From Diadema antillarum (Eukaryota), in assembly GCF_040938485.1 (NCBI RefSeq), contig NW_027271492.1, forward strand, positions 868,001 through 932,000: 64,000 nt of DNA, written 5' to 3'. The position numbers and the translations under genes are program-made. Shown piece by piece: positions 32,437-45,361 of this stretch (its first letter is position 1; every line of letters begins with the position of its first letter). The notes beneath the pieces are model-generated. The model was given only the letters and a program-made list of their open reading frames with translations. It had not been told where the DNA came from and searched no databases.

Positions 32437-35400
32437 GCCTGTAAATAGCAATCAATTCCTAGAAAATCTTTCATATATTTATTTTTCCTTTTTTGTTTTC
32501 CCTTCCGGTGTTACCTGGGAGCTGTGGCTGATGCGTAGTATGTATATTGGTAATTTTTCCCTCTTTTGTAAATAATTTTCTACTGAATTCTGTACAGTTT
32601 CTACAATGCTTGTGAAAGTAAATTACCGACACTTAATCTGGTATAGCCGTAGCAGCACACTTTCATGAAGAATGATGATTTGTGTTTAAAACTACCCATT
32701 ATAAGGTGGCAGGAATATCAAATCTAATGCAGTGAGCAAACATTAGGTGTTGATAATGTTGAACACCCCAGTGAACCAAATTAAATTTGTACATAAATGC
32801 TTTTCTCTGATGCAGAGATGGCTTTCAGTGATGCATTGGTGCATTATGTTTTGTAAATTGGCGTTCATCTATTGATAGAATGCAGACTTGTACAGTTCAT
32901 CAGGTGCCATTTGAGAAGGGGAAAGGAGAAAATAACATGGGAAAGACTTTATTGTTATACAGTGTACAAAGTGTATATTGGCAAATTCATTCTCAATTTC
33001 AGTATTGCGCACAACAACACTGCACCTGTACATGTTGGCCATATCAGGGAAAAGAGAGAGAGTAAAAGAAAAGAAACATGATTTTTTTTTTTCATACGAT
33101 CAGACTAACACTTTGTCTGTTCTATGAAAAGTAACAGGAGAGATGATAAAGTATGTTCTTTTTCATCATATTTGTCAAAACATATGACTGTGCCAAAGTT
33201 GCACAAGTGTCAAGGCAAGAAATAACTGCACCTTAGTTTTACAGCACAAGTAGCTTTCTGCACGGGGGGTCGTGTTATATTATTTGTCGTTTGGTTCATT
33301 CCTATGTCAAGCAGAATATTGGGGCAGTAGCTGTAGATGTCTTTGTTTGCTCGTTGATGTATTTCTCATGCTCTTTTGCTTGTACCATTTTTCCTGTTTT
33401 GTTTGAGTTTAATTTAATGTTCTTTAATGCCTAACTTACAGGAGATTGTCACCTATATGTCACACATTGTTATGAATTGATTGTCAAAAGTTTTCATTTG
33501 TACAGATGTCTATTGTCCATACAGCATGCTGGAGGTAGCAGGAATTGATTCTAGTTATAGATTCCGTGACCACATAACCTTTGACCCCAGTTCCCAGATT
33601 GTCATGTAGCAACTTCATGTGGAAGCTCATTCAGTGGAATTTAGGACACAGCATGTGCTTTGTAACACATCCAAACAAACTAAGAAAGTCAAAAGAGATT
33701 TTTGAAGAGGTGTTTATCATTTACTCTGTGTTTTGTGGTAAGGTTTCATTCATTACAAAGTAGCCTTATGGAAGCTATTGTGAAGAATGTGATTTTTTTT
33801 TTGCTAATCTTTTTAAGTTTGTCATACAAGAATTAATTTGTGGCACTGTATAACAAAGAATATTGACCTACCCTCCCCCTCGTACCGCTGAGTCACACGC
33901 TTCATTAGATACTCTAAACCAATATAAAAGGAAGTTCAAATGATTCTGTGATTTCTTACAGCTTATAAAATTGGTGGATTGACTGATCATTTTTTAGTTA
34001 TGTTCTGATGTCCAGTGCCATTTTCCAATGAAATTTAATAGAAATGTGAAAGGAATGGAACTGGTAGCTTAAATGGAACTTCTGATTGTCCTGTTTGAGA
34101 AGTCAAAGTTTGTTTGGTTCTATTCATTGTGCTTTGTTATTTCATAATTCTGTTACAAGTACCCAGTGCTCTTAGGGTAGCTTGTGTGATAATATGCAAC
34201 AGCTTTCAACAATCTGATTCTGTTGAATACTCAACAGGCATGCAACACTGTGCCAATGTCATATTTATTTTGTTAAAATTATGCAGTACATGATGAAGCA
34301 TGTTTATAACTTGCTATTCAAACAAGCAAAACGATCATCTCTCAGACACAGTATATACTGCACTAGGGAAGAATGAATTTTCCAGTTGAGCCTTTTTTTT
34401 TTTCTTGTGAAACTCTGTACACTACTAGCATATGTCTTGATGAAATATGTGATTGAATTCAAATTTATGGCTGAGTGTGTGCTCATAGTTTGTTTACAGC
34501 CTCCTCACCCAACATCGATTGCAGAGTTTTGTTGCTGTCTTTGATTAGTGGATATGAACATAAATGTTTAATTTGTCCAGAGTGTAATTAAAGCACTAAC
34601 TTGTGATGGTCGTCAATGTACTCACTGTCAGAAAGTCATTAGAAAAATGACATACCCAGTATAGCGTCATGATGAGGTATTCTTATCTATCATAACTTTG
34701 CACCATGTTTAGCTTGTTTGCACCACTTGTTTCATGTATTGTAATTCCCTGTTGATAGATGCATTGGGCATTCAAATTTTAGACTATAAAATTTGTTGTG
34801 TTGGTGGATTGGGGGGTAAGGCATATTTTTAGAGAGAATCAGAGATGAAATCATAGGAGGGGATAGAATTGAAAAGAGCCCATTGCACGGAATCATCTTC
34901 AGACAAATCAAAACTCATCGTCAGATGTATTAAACCCTCTGTGTGCTTATGGCACAGAACCTCATAGCATTATACACACTGTCCAAAGTCCCTGGCACAA
35001 AAAGGGTGCAGCTGTACAAATATCCTCTGCACTTTACTGCCTATGGAATCTCTTTGTGACGAATGCAGTGGGACTAAAAGCTTTCTCATTTTATGCACAG
35101 CTTGAAGCAGATTCTAGTTTGAAGTGGACTGTAGGCATTGTAAGTCTATGGAAGCAGACCAGTATATGTGGATAAACATTGTCATGTGAGGACACTTTAA
35201 ATGTCCAGTCACAACTTACTTATAATTATTTCTTAATGAGTTAAATCATCAGGAAGAGCCACAGTATGTTGCCATGTAACTTCTCTGCGTAGTTCCAGAG
35301 GGCGTTATTGGAATATGAACAGTAAGAAATAACTTGCTACTATGTTCGGCAGGTGTACAAATATATTTTGCCTTATTAATTGGTAACTGAGGAAGATGCG

Positions 35401-36276
35401 CAGCTAGGCATCTCATACACTGATTTCAAAACATTGCTGTTTTCCAACCTCTTCTTTCTTTACCCTGTAAAAGCTATGCACCTGACCGAAAACTCATTGG
35501 TAAGTGAGTATCTAGTTGCCCCATGAACATAAAACGGTTGTATATCATTATAGAATTTGTTTTTTTCTGACTCTAACCATTCCCATTCTGTCAGCTGGTT
35601 AGGCTTTGTACATACGGGCAGACTTACATACATGTAGGGACAATTTTCAAAAGACAAGCAGACCATTGTGATTCATGTAACTCAGAGTATGCTGAGAGAA
35701 AGCTTAGACCATATTTCGTAAACTTTCTGCTCATCTTCCCCCCTTTTTGTCACGTGAGTCTGAAAAGATGTAATACATGGATTAATTCAAAATTTGTGGC
35801 TGCTCAATTTGGAGTCCATGTCATCTTTGTGTCATCATAGTCCCATGTATTCCTTTTCTTTAGAGGATCATTTCCCTCACTTTGCAAGCATGTTTGTCAT
35901 AAAAATGAAATGCAGTGACTCGCAATCATGCCATGAATATTTTTCTTTTCTCTGAATTTGGATTGTCTTTTGATTTTTAAAAGTTGTCACTGTCTTTTTT
36001 TTTTTAATGTGAAATTCTTCGTAAATTAGTCATAAAATGTGACTTATTTTAAAGACCTACTGCTATGGGTACCTGACCATTAAGAATCTTTCTGACACAC
36101 TAAAAGTAGTGTGAATGTACCATAGCAAGTCAGGGTTGGATTGTGTTCATTTTGTACATAGAGACTGACCCTCCTCTTCACTGGTGAATAAAGTAATGCA
36201 TTTTTATGATCGAGGAATTTGTAAAGATTGAGAAATATTTTCCAACTGTTAATGTGTACAGCTTGTGTTCCTAGTT

Positions 36277-36282
36277 AATAAA
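36277..36282 (+). terminator. Candidate BPTF polyadenylation signal (implies a 3' UTR of about 3.85 kb)
   Basis: AATAAA preceded by TGTA-rich sequence and followed by GT/T-rich sequence; inference only. Confidence 0.4.
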
Positions 36283-37587
36283 ATATCAATGAAATCAAGG
36301 AGATATTCTGTTGCCTCGTACCTTGCTTGCTATGTGCCTGTCTTTTCTTCATAATCTTATTATGTCATGGTATGATGATTGAATGTATGTCGGGCGAAAA
36401 TCTGTCATTGAATGTCAAATATATTACGTAATAGTTCATCCTTATCCATATCGTTGAGTGCACCATGCTCACAGCATCCAATTTCCCAGTTCTGTGCTTA
36501 GCCCAGGTAAAATTCTTAGTGATCTATATTTTTATTAAATCCCACAAAGAAACGCTGCTTGAAATAGCATATGATGTAACTCCATGAGATAATACTATGT
36601 ACATTACACTGGATTTCACATCACCTGATTGGCCAACAGTTTGTGTGGATTGAGTGAAAGACAGTGATAATAAAAGTAGAACAGATCAAAGAAAGTGGAA
36701 GGAAAATGGGACAATTGATTCCAAAGTTATGAATTTTTTAAGGCTTTGGTGCTGTCATTGTTAGATAACAAGACTGCTGCAGTTCATGATGTCATTATGG
36801 AAAATTTCTTTCTTTTTTTTCAATGAAAAGTACACATTCCACTGACTTTTTCGTACCAAAATGTTAAAGTAATGCACATATTATTCCCTTTGCTTTCTGA
36901 AAGAGGTAAATGAAGTGCTCTTTCATTATGCTAGGAAAGTGAAAAATGTTGAATTTAAAAATAAAGAAGTTTCTTTCAAGCATAAATAGACCAGCATTCA
37001 GCTGAAAAAATTATTTACTTTTGTAATGCTCTTGCATTTGCATTCGAATCAGTGCCTCAGAAGAAGCAAAATAAAAGCAATTGCGTCAACTTATATTATG
37101 AGTGCAGAGATGACTGTTTAGTTAGTGTCTTTAGAACGTATATCATAGTGCTTGCACTCGAATACACTATACAAAGTACTGGAATGAGAATGCAAGCAAA
37201 AAGTGTTTATGATTAGGTTTGTTTCATTGACTAAAACTATGGTAACACCCTTTCATATTGTTGGTGAATAACTGCGAGAAAAGTTTGATGAGGTGAGAGA
37301 ATAGAGAAAATTCATATATTCAATTTATAAGACTGTTGTCATCCTTGACAGTTTGATTTGAATTAAACAAAACAAATAAAGACATACTACCTCAGTCTTT
37401 ACTGTGCTCGTACACAGGATGGAATTGAGCTCGTCGAAAGTTGTCCCACGTTTTCCCCTCCCCTCCTCCCCCCCCCCCCCCACCCCCACCACCACCACCA
37501 CCACCACCACCCACACCGAAAACATTCGTGATAACAATCGAGTAACGAAAGAGGGCGTTACATCATCTTATCAAAATCTAGATGGAT

Positions 37588-37615
37588 GCGCCAAATTTGA
37601 GATGTTCGTGATTGG
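37588..37615 (+). promoter_or_regulatory. Cell-cycle-type motifs just upstream of the CENPM ATG: E2F site GCGCCAAA, CHR-like TTTGAG, inverted CCAAT (ATTGG)
   Basis: Motifs read directly; consistent with E2F/DREAM control of kinetochore genes. Confidence 0.4.
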
Positions 37616-37617
37616 TC

Positions 37618-37704
37618 ATGGATGAGCAAAGTCACCCCGGCCCCCGAAAGAATGTGCTGCATCCTTTCAGCAAATTACCAGAACTGAACACTGCCGTTAT
37701 ATTG
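37618..37704 (+). CDS. CENPM: CENPM exon 1
   Basis: MDEQSHPGPRKNVLHPFSKLPELNTAVIL|gtatgt, phase 0. Confidence 0.9.
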
Positions 37705-40700
37705 GTATGTCTCATCAATTTACGTATTTTACGACTTTATACTGTGTATGCAAATTTACGAGTATAGACAGAGATCAGCTCCGCCTATGCCTAACACCGT
37801 TAGGCCAGTGCAGTGGGGAAAATAACACAGTCCCATACCTTTATATCCGTGATGTCTAGATATTTGGGTAGATTCTACTTCTCATCTATTCTAACGTAGT
37901 TAAAGTCTAGTTTATTCTCACAAATGAACACTCCCAGATTCTCGTAGAATTCGGTCTACTACTGTAGTCTAATGGCAGTTGATAGTAGCAAGTGTTAAGA
38001 GGCGGATCCGGTATCGTAATAATTCGTATCATTACCTAGTACCCTGCAGTGTCCCTGGGCGCGTTTTTTTTAAAGACGGCACAGATTGGGGCATGGCGCG
38101 TGTTAAACCTAGGAGTTGTCTTATCAACAACGTTGGAATAGGGTTATTGATATACTACAGTTAGAGTTAGCAGCATGATTGGCTTTTCCGTCGTAATCTA
38201 CATAATGCACCGAGAAATGTTAAATTACAAGCATACAAGAGTCTAGTGCGTCCCCACTTGGAGTATTGCTGTACAGTATGGGACCCCTTCACTCAACGTA
38301 ACATCTCCAAGATTCAAGCAGTACAAAATAGAGCAGCCAGATTCATCTGTAATGATTACAAGTGGCAATCTTCCATCTCCGGAATGATAAAGGATCTCAA
38401 ACTTCATCCACTCCCAGAACGACGCAAGCTTTTAAGGCTATCAACATTTCATAAAATAAAGCACGGCAATATTGATCTAAATCTCGAGGATTATATCAGT
38501 CCTGCTCAAGCACCGAGAGGTATGACAACCCGAAGTTATCATCCGGATAATTACTCTACTTTATACGGTTCCTCAACTGCTCTCGCCAACTCCTTCTTCC
38601 ATAGAACAGCGAAGGATTGGAATAATCTGCCGAGTAACATAAAGCAGATTCATAAATTTGACACATTCAAAGAAGCGCTCCAGCGTTAGGCTTAGGGTTA
38701 GGGTTAGGTTTTTAGGGTTTGATGGTTAGGGTACGGTACTGTAGCTGCTGGTCGCAGTTACCAGGTTACCTGGGCTGGGTCTTAACTTGACCGAAAGATC
38801 TGTCTGTATCTGGTCATCGGGGAAATGTTCTGCGAAGGCTGCGTCTGGCTTCATGGATTCCCTTCGGAGAGAGATAGCGTCACAAAAATAAAAGACTCCT
38901 CTGCCCTCTGGACAGACGGATTTTTCTGTCTAGTCTAGGTCTTAATAAGAAGTAAAGAGTAGTCGAGTAGGGGCCTAGAGTTTCTAGACACTATATCGAG
39001 TAAGAACACGAAGAATTAAGAACCAGGGCCCTGTTTTATGAAGAGTTAACATTGATTAGATCTAGATCTATATAGTTGATTTCAACTGTAAGTCTATGGC
39101 ATGGCAGCCTGTGTGGTAACTGCGACCAGCAGCCCCAACGTACAACGTACAGTGTTGGGCTGCGCCGTTTTGGCATCGAGATTTTAATGTTGTACCAAAC
39201 GGGTGCCGTTCCGGCGCTGTATTTCCTTAATTTTTCAACAAAAACTACTAGGAATACTTACATGGGTCGATTAAACCTAAATGATTCACATCGGCGACTG
39301 TTTGATGCATTTCATTGCTTATGATGCAGAAAATGCTGTCTTATAAGGCAAATATCTTCAGCTCACCGATGCTCACTAAAACTCACAATCACTTGCACAT
39401 GCGCACAGCATGCATTCAGTCGGTCCATTGACAGCTGTATCGCTCGCTACATGATGCATATTCATTTCACCTTATATGCACCGTGCGATGATGCATTATT
39501 CATATCCTTGAGCATCCGTAACGGTGACGTCACTGTTCACGCATGCGTAGATGCGTACAAATGGATATACACGTTCAAAATAGCAGCAAAGCTCTCCACT
39601 AGGGCAGGCCGCTTACTCCTAAAAAATGTGGAAAATTTTGCAGTTTCCAGATAAATTGGTGAGAAGAAACAAGGCAATGGGGTAGTATATATTTCATTTT
39701 TTATTGTCACTGTGTTTATGATAGAAATTTAGCCATGGTTTATTTGTGAAGTTGCCGTATATGTGGCAATAGGGAGTTGTTCGTGATTCTCACTTTAACG
39801 AAACTGCGAAGTAGCCGCCAGGACCCCGCCGCAGAGCGGCGGGTCTCCGGGGCTACCTGTGTGGTAGCAAAAATTTAAAATTGATTTTATCTTTTGACAA
39901 AACGGGGCCCAGGTCACAGGTGCCCTCGACACGTGATCAGTGATCGGGATGATCTGAGTCACTTTTTGATGATTTTAATGATTGGTCTAGCTAAAGATAT
40001 CTATTTTTCATTGCTAGAAAGAGAAATCTAAAGCAAACCACCCATAATTCGACCATAATGCCTTTCGAAATTCAACCACCGGCTACATGTAAAGTTAGAC
40101 GAATAGAACAGTTGACTGAAAGATTGGTCTGTAAACTGCATCTGGTCGGCCGTCGGGGCAGGGATATGTTCTGTGGAGACTGTGTTTGTTTCTTGAGGAG
40201 AGCTGATAAAGTGAAAAAATGATCAAAGTCTCCGCTGGACAGACAGATTTTTCTTTTTAGTAGAACAGATGCTTTTCTCTTTTTGCATGCTGTCGAATTT
40301 TGGCATTGGAAGTGGGACCTTGGTTCACTCTTTTTTTTTTCAACTTGAGTGTGGTAGGTATTACCCCAAGAACAATGAGAACATGTTCTTTGCGATGTTA
40401 TCATATCATTGGCTTTAAAATCAGTTTGATGAATCTTTTTCGAGATGTGCCTACAAGTTACACATACAAGGACCTACCCAGCCCTTTGTGAGTTGTGGTA
40501 TGGGGCCTTCTCAATCAAAATATTATTAATTAATGACAGTTGATAGACCCTAGCTTTGGATCGTTTTTTGCTGTTTCATTCTGTACTCGTAGGCCTTATC
40601 CCCACTTTAATGTTAAAGTTAGTATTCATGTCAGTAAGCAGTTCTGCTGTCAATTTGAACGTTTATTAACCATTTTCTTTACAGCTTGTTGGCTGTCAGG

Positions 40701-43700
40701 CAATTGACACAAAAACTCTGGCTAGGAGCCTAGTGGATCTCAGTACAGATGTTTCCCTTCAAGTGTGAGTATTTTCATTTTTAGTCACCATGCCATGCAC
40801 GTCCATGCTTTGGAAAACCAGTCATGTGTATGATAGCTTTCACAATGCTCACAGCATCTTGTATTGCTAAGTGGAATTGGTTTTTATGAAGGAGTCTCGT
40901 GCTGGGAAAAGTTGACATCTGTTGAGCCTTTTATACCAAGCAGTATCATGGCATCATAATGAAAAGGGGGGGGGGGGGGTGGGGAATACATGGTCACTCT
41001 TATTTGCTGTCATTAGATTCGTTAGGATTTGGTTGAAGTGCTATAAATGATGTGTTGGGTGTTGCTACAAAGAAGTAGAGTTAATTAATGAGATGAACAG
41101 ATGTATAATGTGCATCAAATTTTTTGCAAAGTACATTTCCATGGAAAATGGATTTCAGTCACTGTTAATCCATGATTTCATTGCAATATCGGGACATCTG
41201 CTGTCAAATACAATTCAGGGAAGTGCGAAATGTTTCTGTGTATTTCACATGTTGCTGTGATGCATCAGTAGACAATGTATGTACACACAAGATTGAATCT
41301 GTTTGATGACTTATTACTTGAATGCTGTAGTTAGCAACTGTAGGTTCTTATACAACTAAGAACCAGTAATAGCGTTTTATTTTGATAAAGTGTATATGAA
41401 ATGAATATCAAATAATATGAGGAGCAATCAATGATAGATCAAATAGATTGTCAGCAAAATTGCAGAGATATTTCCATTCTGGTCGGAATTTATCACAAAA
41501 CTTGCTCCAAGCTTTCATCAAAAAGTATCTATATCAATCAAGCATTAAACAACGTAAGATTTGCTGAGTTACAAAGGGAGAGGAAAAAAAGGGCAAATTT
41601 TGACTCTTTTGTTTATACTACTTTTAGACGTACAGCTACAAGCTTGCCCCTCCCTCCTGAGAATGATGACCAGCGACCAAAGATTGACCTTGTCGTCTTC
41701 TTGCTTGATGCCAGTGTGAAAATGAGGTGAGAAAGCCACTACAAACAAGTATGAATTTCACAGAGATTATGCTAAAACTTATAGGTTTTAGCTTCGAGGT
41801 TTAAAAAAAAAAGAAAATCATACGTGTGCAGGGTGCTACGTAATCTTTCTTTCTTCCTTTTTTACCGCTTGCCGTTTGGGCAAATAGATTTCAAATTGTT
41901 GCAGAACACTAGCCCAAACATTAAGTTTACTTGCCCAGGAACAAAAAGTTCAAAAATAAGAAAATAATGTAGAAAATCACTTTCAAGTCATGAGATTGAT
42001 AAAACACCATCATTTGAATAAACAGCACACACATTTATTTCCATGCTTAACCCAATGAGGATGGACTGATTTTGCTACAACATGCATTTCCCATAGACTC
42101 CTGCCTGAGTATGCTCGGGACTCGTCCTTAACGGGTCAAACACAACAGGGTAAACAAACTTTGTTTGATCGTGTGTTGGCGTTGCATTGCATTGGGGCTT
42201 TGTTATGTAACTTTCTAAGTGTTGAAAAGTTGCTGAAATGAAACTCAAGTGCATTGCATCACTAAACAGTCATTATCGTTGGACCTCTGTATAGTTGACT
42301 TTGTGGATTTGTAGAGAGAAAAGTGAAAAAAGGGTGGCTTCAAAATTGTTTGCTTGCCCAATATGGGTAAGCATGTTTTTCTCATTGTTCAATAACACTT
42401 GCCAAGCTTTGATTTTCACTTTCCCCAGGCAGTCTGGCAAGCACGTATGTAGCACCTTGCATAGTGATGTACCTTTACCTTTATGAATTCTTCCTTGTGA
42501 TTTATATGGGGGCCTGCCAATAAATGAATCCACATTTGCAGGAAGTTGCTGGTAACAAATGTTTCTTATCAAGTTCATTTTCAATATATTTCCTGATAGG
42601 TAATGCTGATGCATGATATGAGCTGTGAAGAGACTATATCTTGTGACAGTATGTTGTCTGTACATGTGTGTAATTTATTTCATATTTTTAAAGCTTTGAA
42701 TATCAACTGCACTTAAGAAATTGAAATAGCAAGGTGCAGATGAATGGATATGAAGAAGGGTGTCCCAGATACAAAATGTACCAGGTTTACTTCTTTACTT
42801 TTTTCAATAAAAAGAAAGACAGGAAATGGATGATTTTACCTCAAATGGTTGTTTTGTTCAATGTGTAGAGTCATTGCAGATTAGATATTGATTTCTCGGA
42901 AATGAATTGTTTCACTTATCTGTTGGAAACATGCATTTCAGCATGAAGGTCATTGCTGACTCTGTGGGACACCTGGACATGAGCTACTTCATCGGGCGAG
43001 TCTGCTTCGTTGTCCTCAATGCCAGCAGCGAGCAGTCCCACTGTGCCGACATCGGCGATATTGTCGGCCTCTGCGATACCTACAATTCCCCAATGCTCAC
43101 TGGTAATCTCGAGGTCAGTCTCTTCTTTGAATGTTGACTCATTGGCCTGAATTCACAAAGGTATTTAAAATTTTAGTCCTTGGCTTATGCAGAAATTTTC
43201 TGTGTAAATGCACTCGACACATTGCATATGCCAACAGACGTCCAATAGTCACCATGTACTGATTCTCGCTTGTGAAAGGTATGCTCGTATTTTTTCACAC
43301 TTATTCTAGTCCATTTACTAAATCTAAGCCATGGATTTCATTTGTACTACTTTCATGAATTTGGGGAAAGTGTTTCTCATCTCCTTAAAATTGTAATTGC
43401 CGGTGGTTTGTAATAATGATCTGATAAACATCAGTGATAGATCTTCATATAAACAAACCAGCAGCAACAAACTGCATACTGTAAAACACAATATATTCGC
43501 GGCATGAAATTTTCGTGAATTGGAGCCGATGGCCTTTTTCGCTGCATGAAATTTTCGCGAATTGCCACTGGCATTCAGTGCATTCGTGTAGGTAAGAACT
43601 TTAGCGTTCATTTCAATTTCGCAAATCTTGGCTCTCACGAAATTCGCGAAATGAAAATGCATGCGAACATTCCTTGAACATTTATTCATATAAAACAATT

Positions 43701-44574
43701 TTTTTCATTTATTTTATTTTGCAAAAAAACTCTGCTGTGCAATGTAGTTTTATGGTCAATTTATTGCTATTATTTAGTGAAAATACCTTTACCTGTAGTG
43801 CATTTTTTTCCTCAAGGGGTGATAATGGGGAATCAAGTGTCAAGTGTGAAGTGTCAAGTGTTGGCCCCATTTCTGTTTTGTAGCATGACCAATACACGTC
43901 CACTATGTAAACACATATAGTGTTCTTTTGTATATTATCTCTTACATTAGTCAAGAGATATGCCGACTAAATAAATATTTTTCTCCTCTCCACACCAACT
44001 CGAGCTGCTTTGAGCTAGAGATGAACTGTTGTCATTCTGCTTTGTGTTGTTTGTTTGTTGTTGTTTTCAAGATGAAACATGTCTGTCAGTTAAACTGAGG
44101 TAAACAGGACTTTGAGTAGTTTGTTTTATAGACAGTAGGTGACACTAGTGCTTTTTTTTTCCCCCAGTGTTTCCTGATATGTCACTTTACTATGTCTATA
44201 TGTCCCTTTATTTCCTTCATTCAATAAATAATTAGTAGAGCTGTTTCAGAAAGGTTCTGTCTTTGATTTATTTGATGCCACAGTAATGTAAGCTGTAATG
44301 ATCATTGATCCATGTAGCACAACTATTATTATCAAGGTACAGATTACTGCGGATGTTCTCTTTAGGCATTCCTTTGTATTCCTGATGATCAGTGTTATTC
44401 CTTGTTCTTGTTCCTCTTTGACATGTTGCTAATGTGCAGCCAGAAAGCCAGAGACAAAGCCTGGCAAGGAGACTACTGGAGATGACCTGGGTTGCTGCAG
44501 GATTCAAACAAGGGGTCAGTCCTCTCCTCATCCAGTGCACCAGGCGCTCCTACCAGTTTGCTGAGGCCCTCTGA
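37618..44574 (+). CDS. CENPM: Centromere protein M (pseudo-GTPase kinetochore subunit), 5 exons, 190 aa
   Basis: Exons 37618-37704, 40685-40764, 41628-41726, 42942-43113, 44440-44574 (573 nt). VLHPFSKLPELNTAVIL|LVG, SLPLPPENDDQRPKIDLVVFLLD, HLDMSYFIGRVCFV, LCDTYNSPMLTGNLE and LARRLLEM..AAG...GVSPL match human CENP-M motifs as I recall them (VLRPLDKLPGLNTATILLVG, SLPLPSSVNRPRIDLIVFVV, HVDASFFLGKVCFL, GVSAL). Confidence 0.92.
38170..38689 (+). mobile_element. Non-LTR retrotransposon fragment (CR1-group RT C-terminal region) in CENPM intron 1
   Basis: RRNLHNAPRNVKLQAYKSLVRPHLEYCCTVWDP...IQAVQNRAARF...SFFHRTAKDWNNLP. Confidence 0.85.
38686..38732 (+). repeat. Interstitial telomere-like (TTAGGG)n repeats
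   Basis: ttaggcttagggttagggttaggttttagggtttgatggttaggg. Confidence 0.8.
40685..40764 (+). CDS. CENPM: CENPM exon 2
   Basis: tttacag|LVGCQAIDTKTLARSLVDLSTDVSLQ GT|gtgagt. Confidence 0.88.
41628..41726 (+). CDS. CENPM: CENPM exon 3
   Basis: ttttag|A RTATSLPLPPENDDQRPKIDLVVFLLDASVKM AG|gtgaga. Confidence 0.9.
42051..42135. mobile_element. Second copy of the piggyBac-like mini-MITE (inverted)
   Basis: ttaa|CCCAATGAGGATGGACT...TAACGGG; reverse complement matches 22746-22829. Confidence 0.7.
42942..43113 (+). CDS. CENPM: CENPM exon 4
   Basis: tttcag|C MKVIADSVGHLDMSYFIGRVCFVV...GNLE|gtcagt. Confidence 0.9.
43479..43676. mobile_element. CTGTAAAAC-family MITE (right end eroded)
   Basis: Closely similar to 46642-46848. 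Confidence 0.7.
44440..44574 (+). CDS. CENPM: CENPM exon 5 (stop)
   Basis: gtgcag|PESQRQSLARRLLEMTWVAAGFKQGVSPLLIQCTRRSYQFAEAL*. Confidence 0.85.
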   Translation, partial: PESQRQSLARRLLEMTWVAAGFKQGVSPLLIQCTRRSYQFAEAL

Positions 44575-45361
44575 CCATGCCCATTACCAACATTGCGTGG
44601 CGAATAAGGGAAGTGGGTTGGAAGCAAAAAGCTGGTAACGTGGGTCATCTGGTCCAGTCCAGATGTTTCAAGTCATACAAGTACTCTCTGCATGAAATGA
44701 TGCAGCTTCGACAGTGCTCAGCTGAATTGTAGAGGTCAAAGAATAAAAAGTCTGATAAAAATTGGGGTTCATTGATCATCAGTGGCTTCTGTGATTAAAT
44801 GAGGAGAATTTTAGAATGGAAACCCTTTGTTAGAAATTGACAAAGTGAAGTCAACTGAAAGTGTTTTTAGTGTCAATGACTGTATACACCTATGTTTCAA
44901 AAGTATAATATTTTACAAATTGGGACATGCTAGGCAATTTTGTAAGTGGTTCATCAAGATCAAAGGTCAAAGCTACTGACCTTTTTCCTAAATAAAAAAA
45001 TGCATATTCAGCAGTAACTTCATCTATGAAAATCCAATGGTGATATAATTTTGTTGTAAATATAGAAATACAGTTGTAGATGACTTTTTTTTTTTTTAAA
45101 CTTGAGAAATAAAAGTAGTGAAAGGTTAAAAGTATTTCTTGTCATTTCATCACCTAAAAACCGTCCAGTGGTGATGTAAGTTTGAAGACAGAAGAGATAA
45201 ATTGACAATTATTTACATGAACATGATGTTGGTGAAAGGCCAAAGTTCAATGTCAAAGGCCACTGTATTTTGTTAAAGTTGTAAGTTGAAAGCCATACCT
45301 TGAACCAAAAATGCTTTTTGGTAACATCATCTGGTAAGAAGTGGAAAAAAAGTGAACAATT

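Noticed and set aside
38246-38689. Host protein-coding gene (147 aa); likewise 61650-62225 (191 aa)
   Set aside because: Both are truncated non-LTR retrotransposon ORF2 C-termini lacking the RT catalytic core.
39626-39658. MWKILQFPDKL as the main CENPM first exon
   Set aside because: 37618-37704 matches the CENP-M N-terminus far better (VLHPFSKLPELNTAVIL) with a phase-0 donor; kept only as a possible alternative exon.
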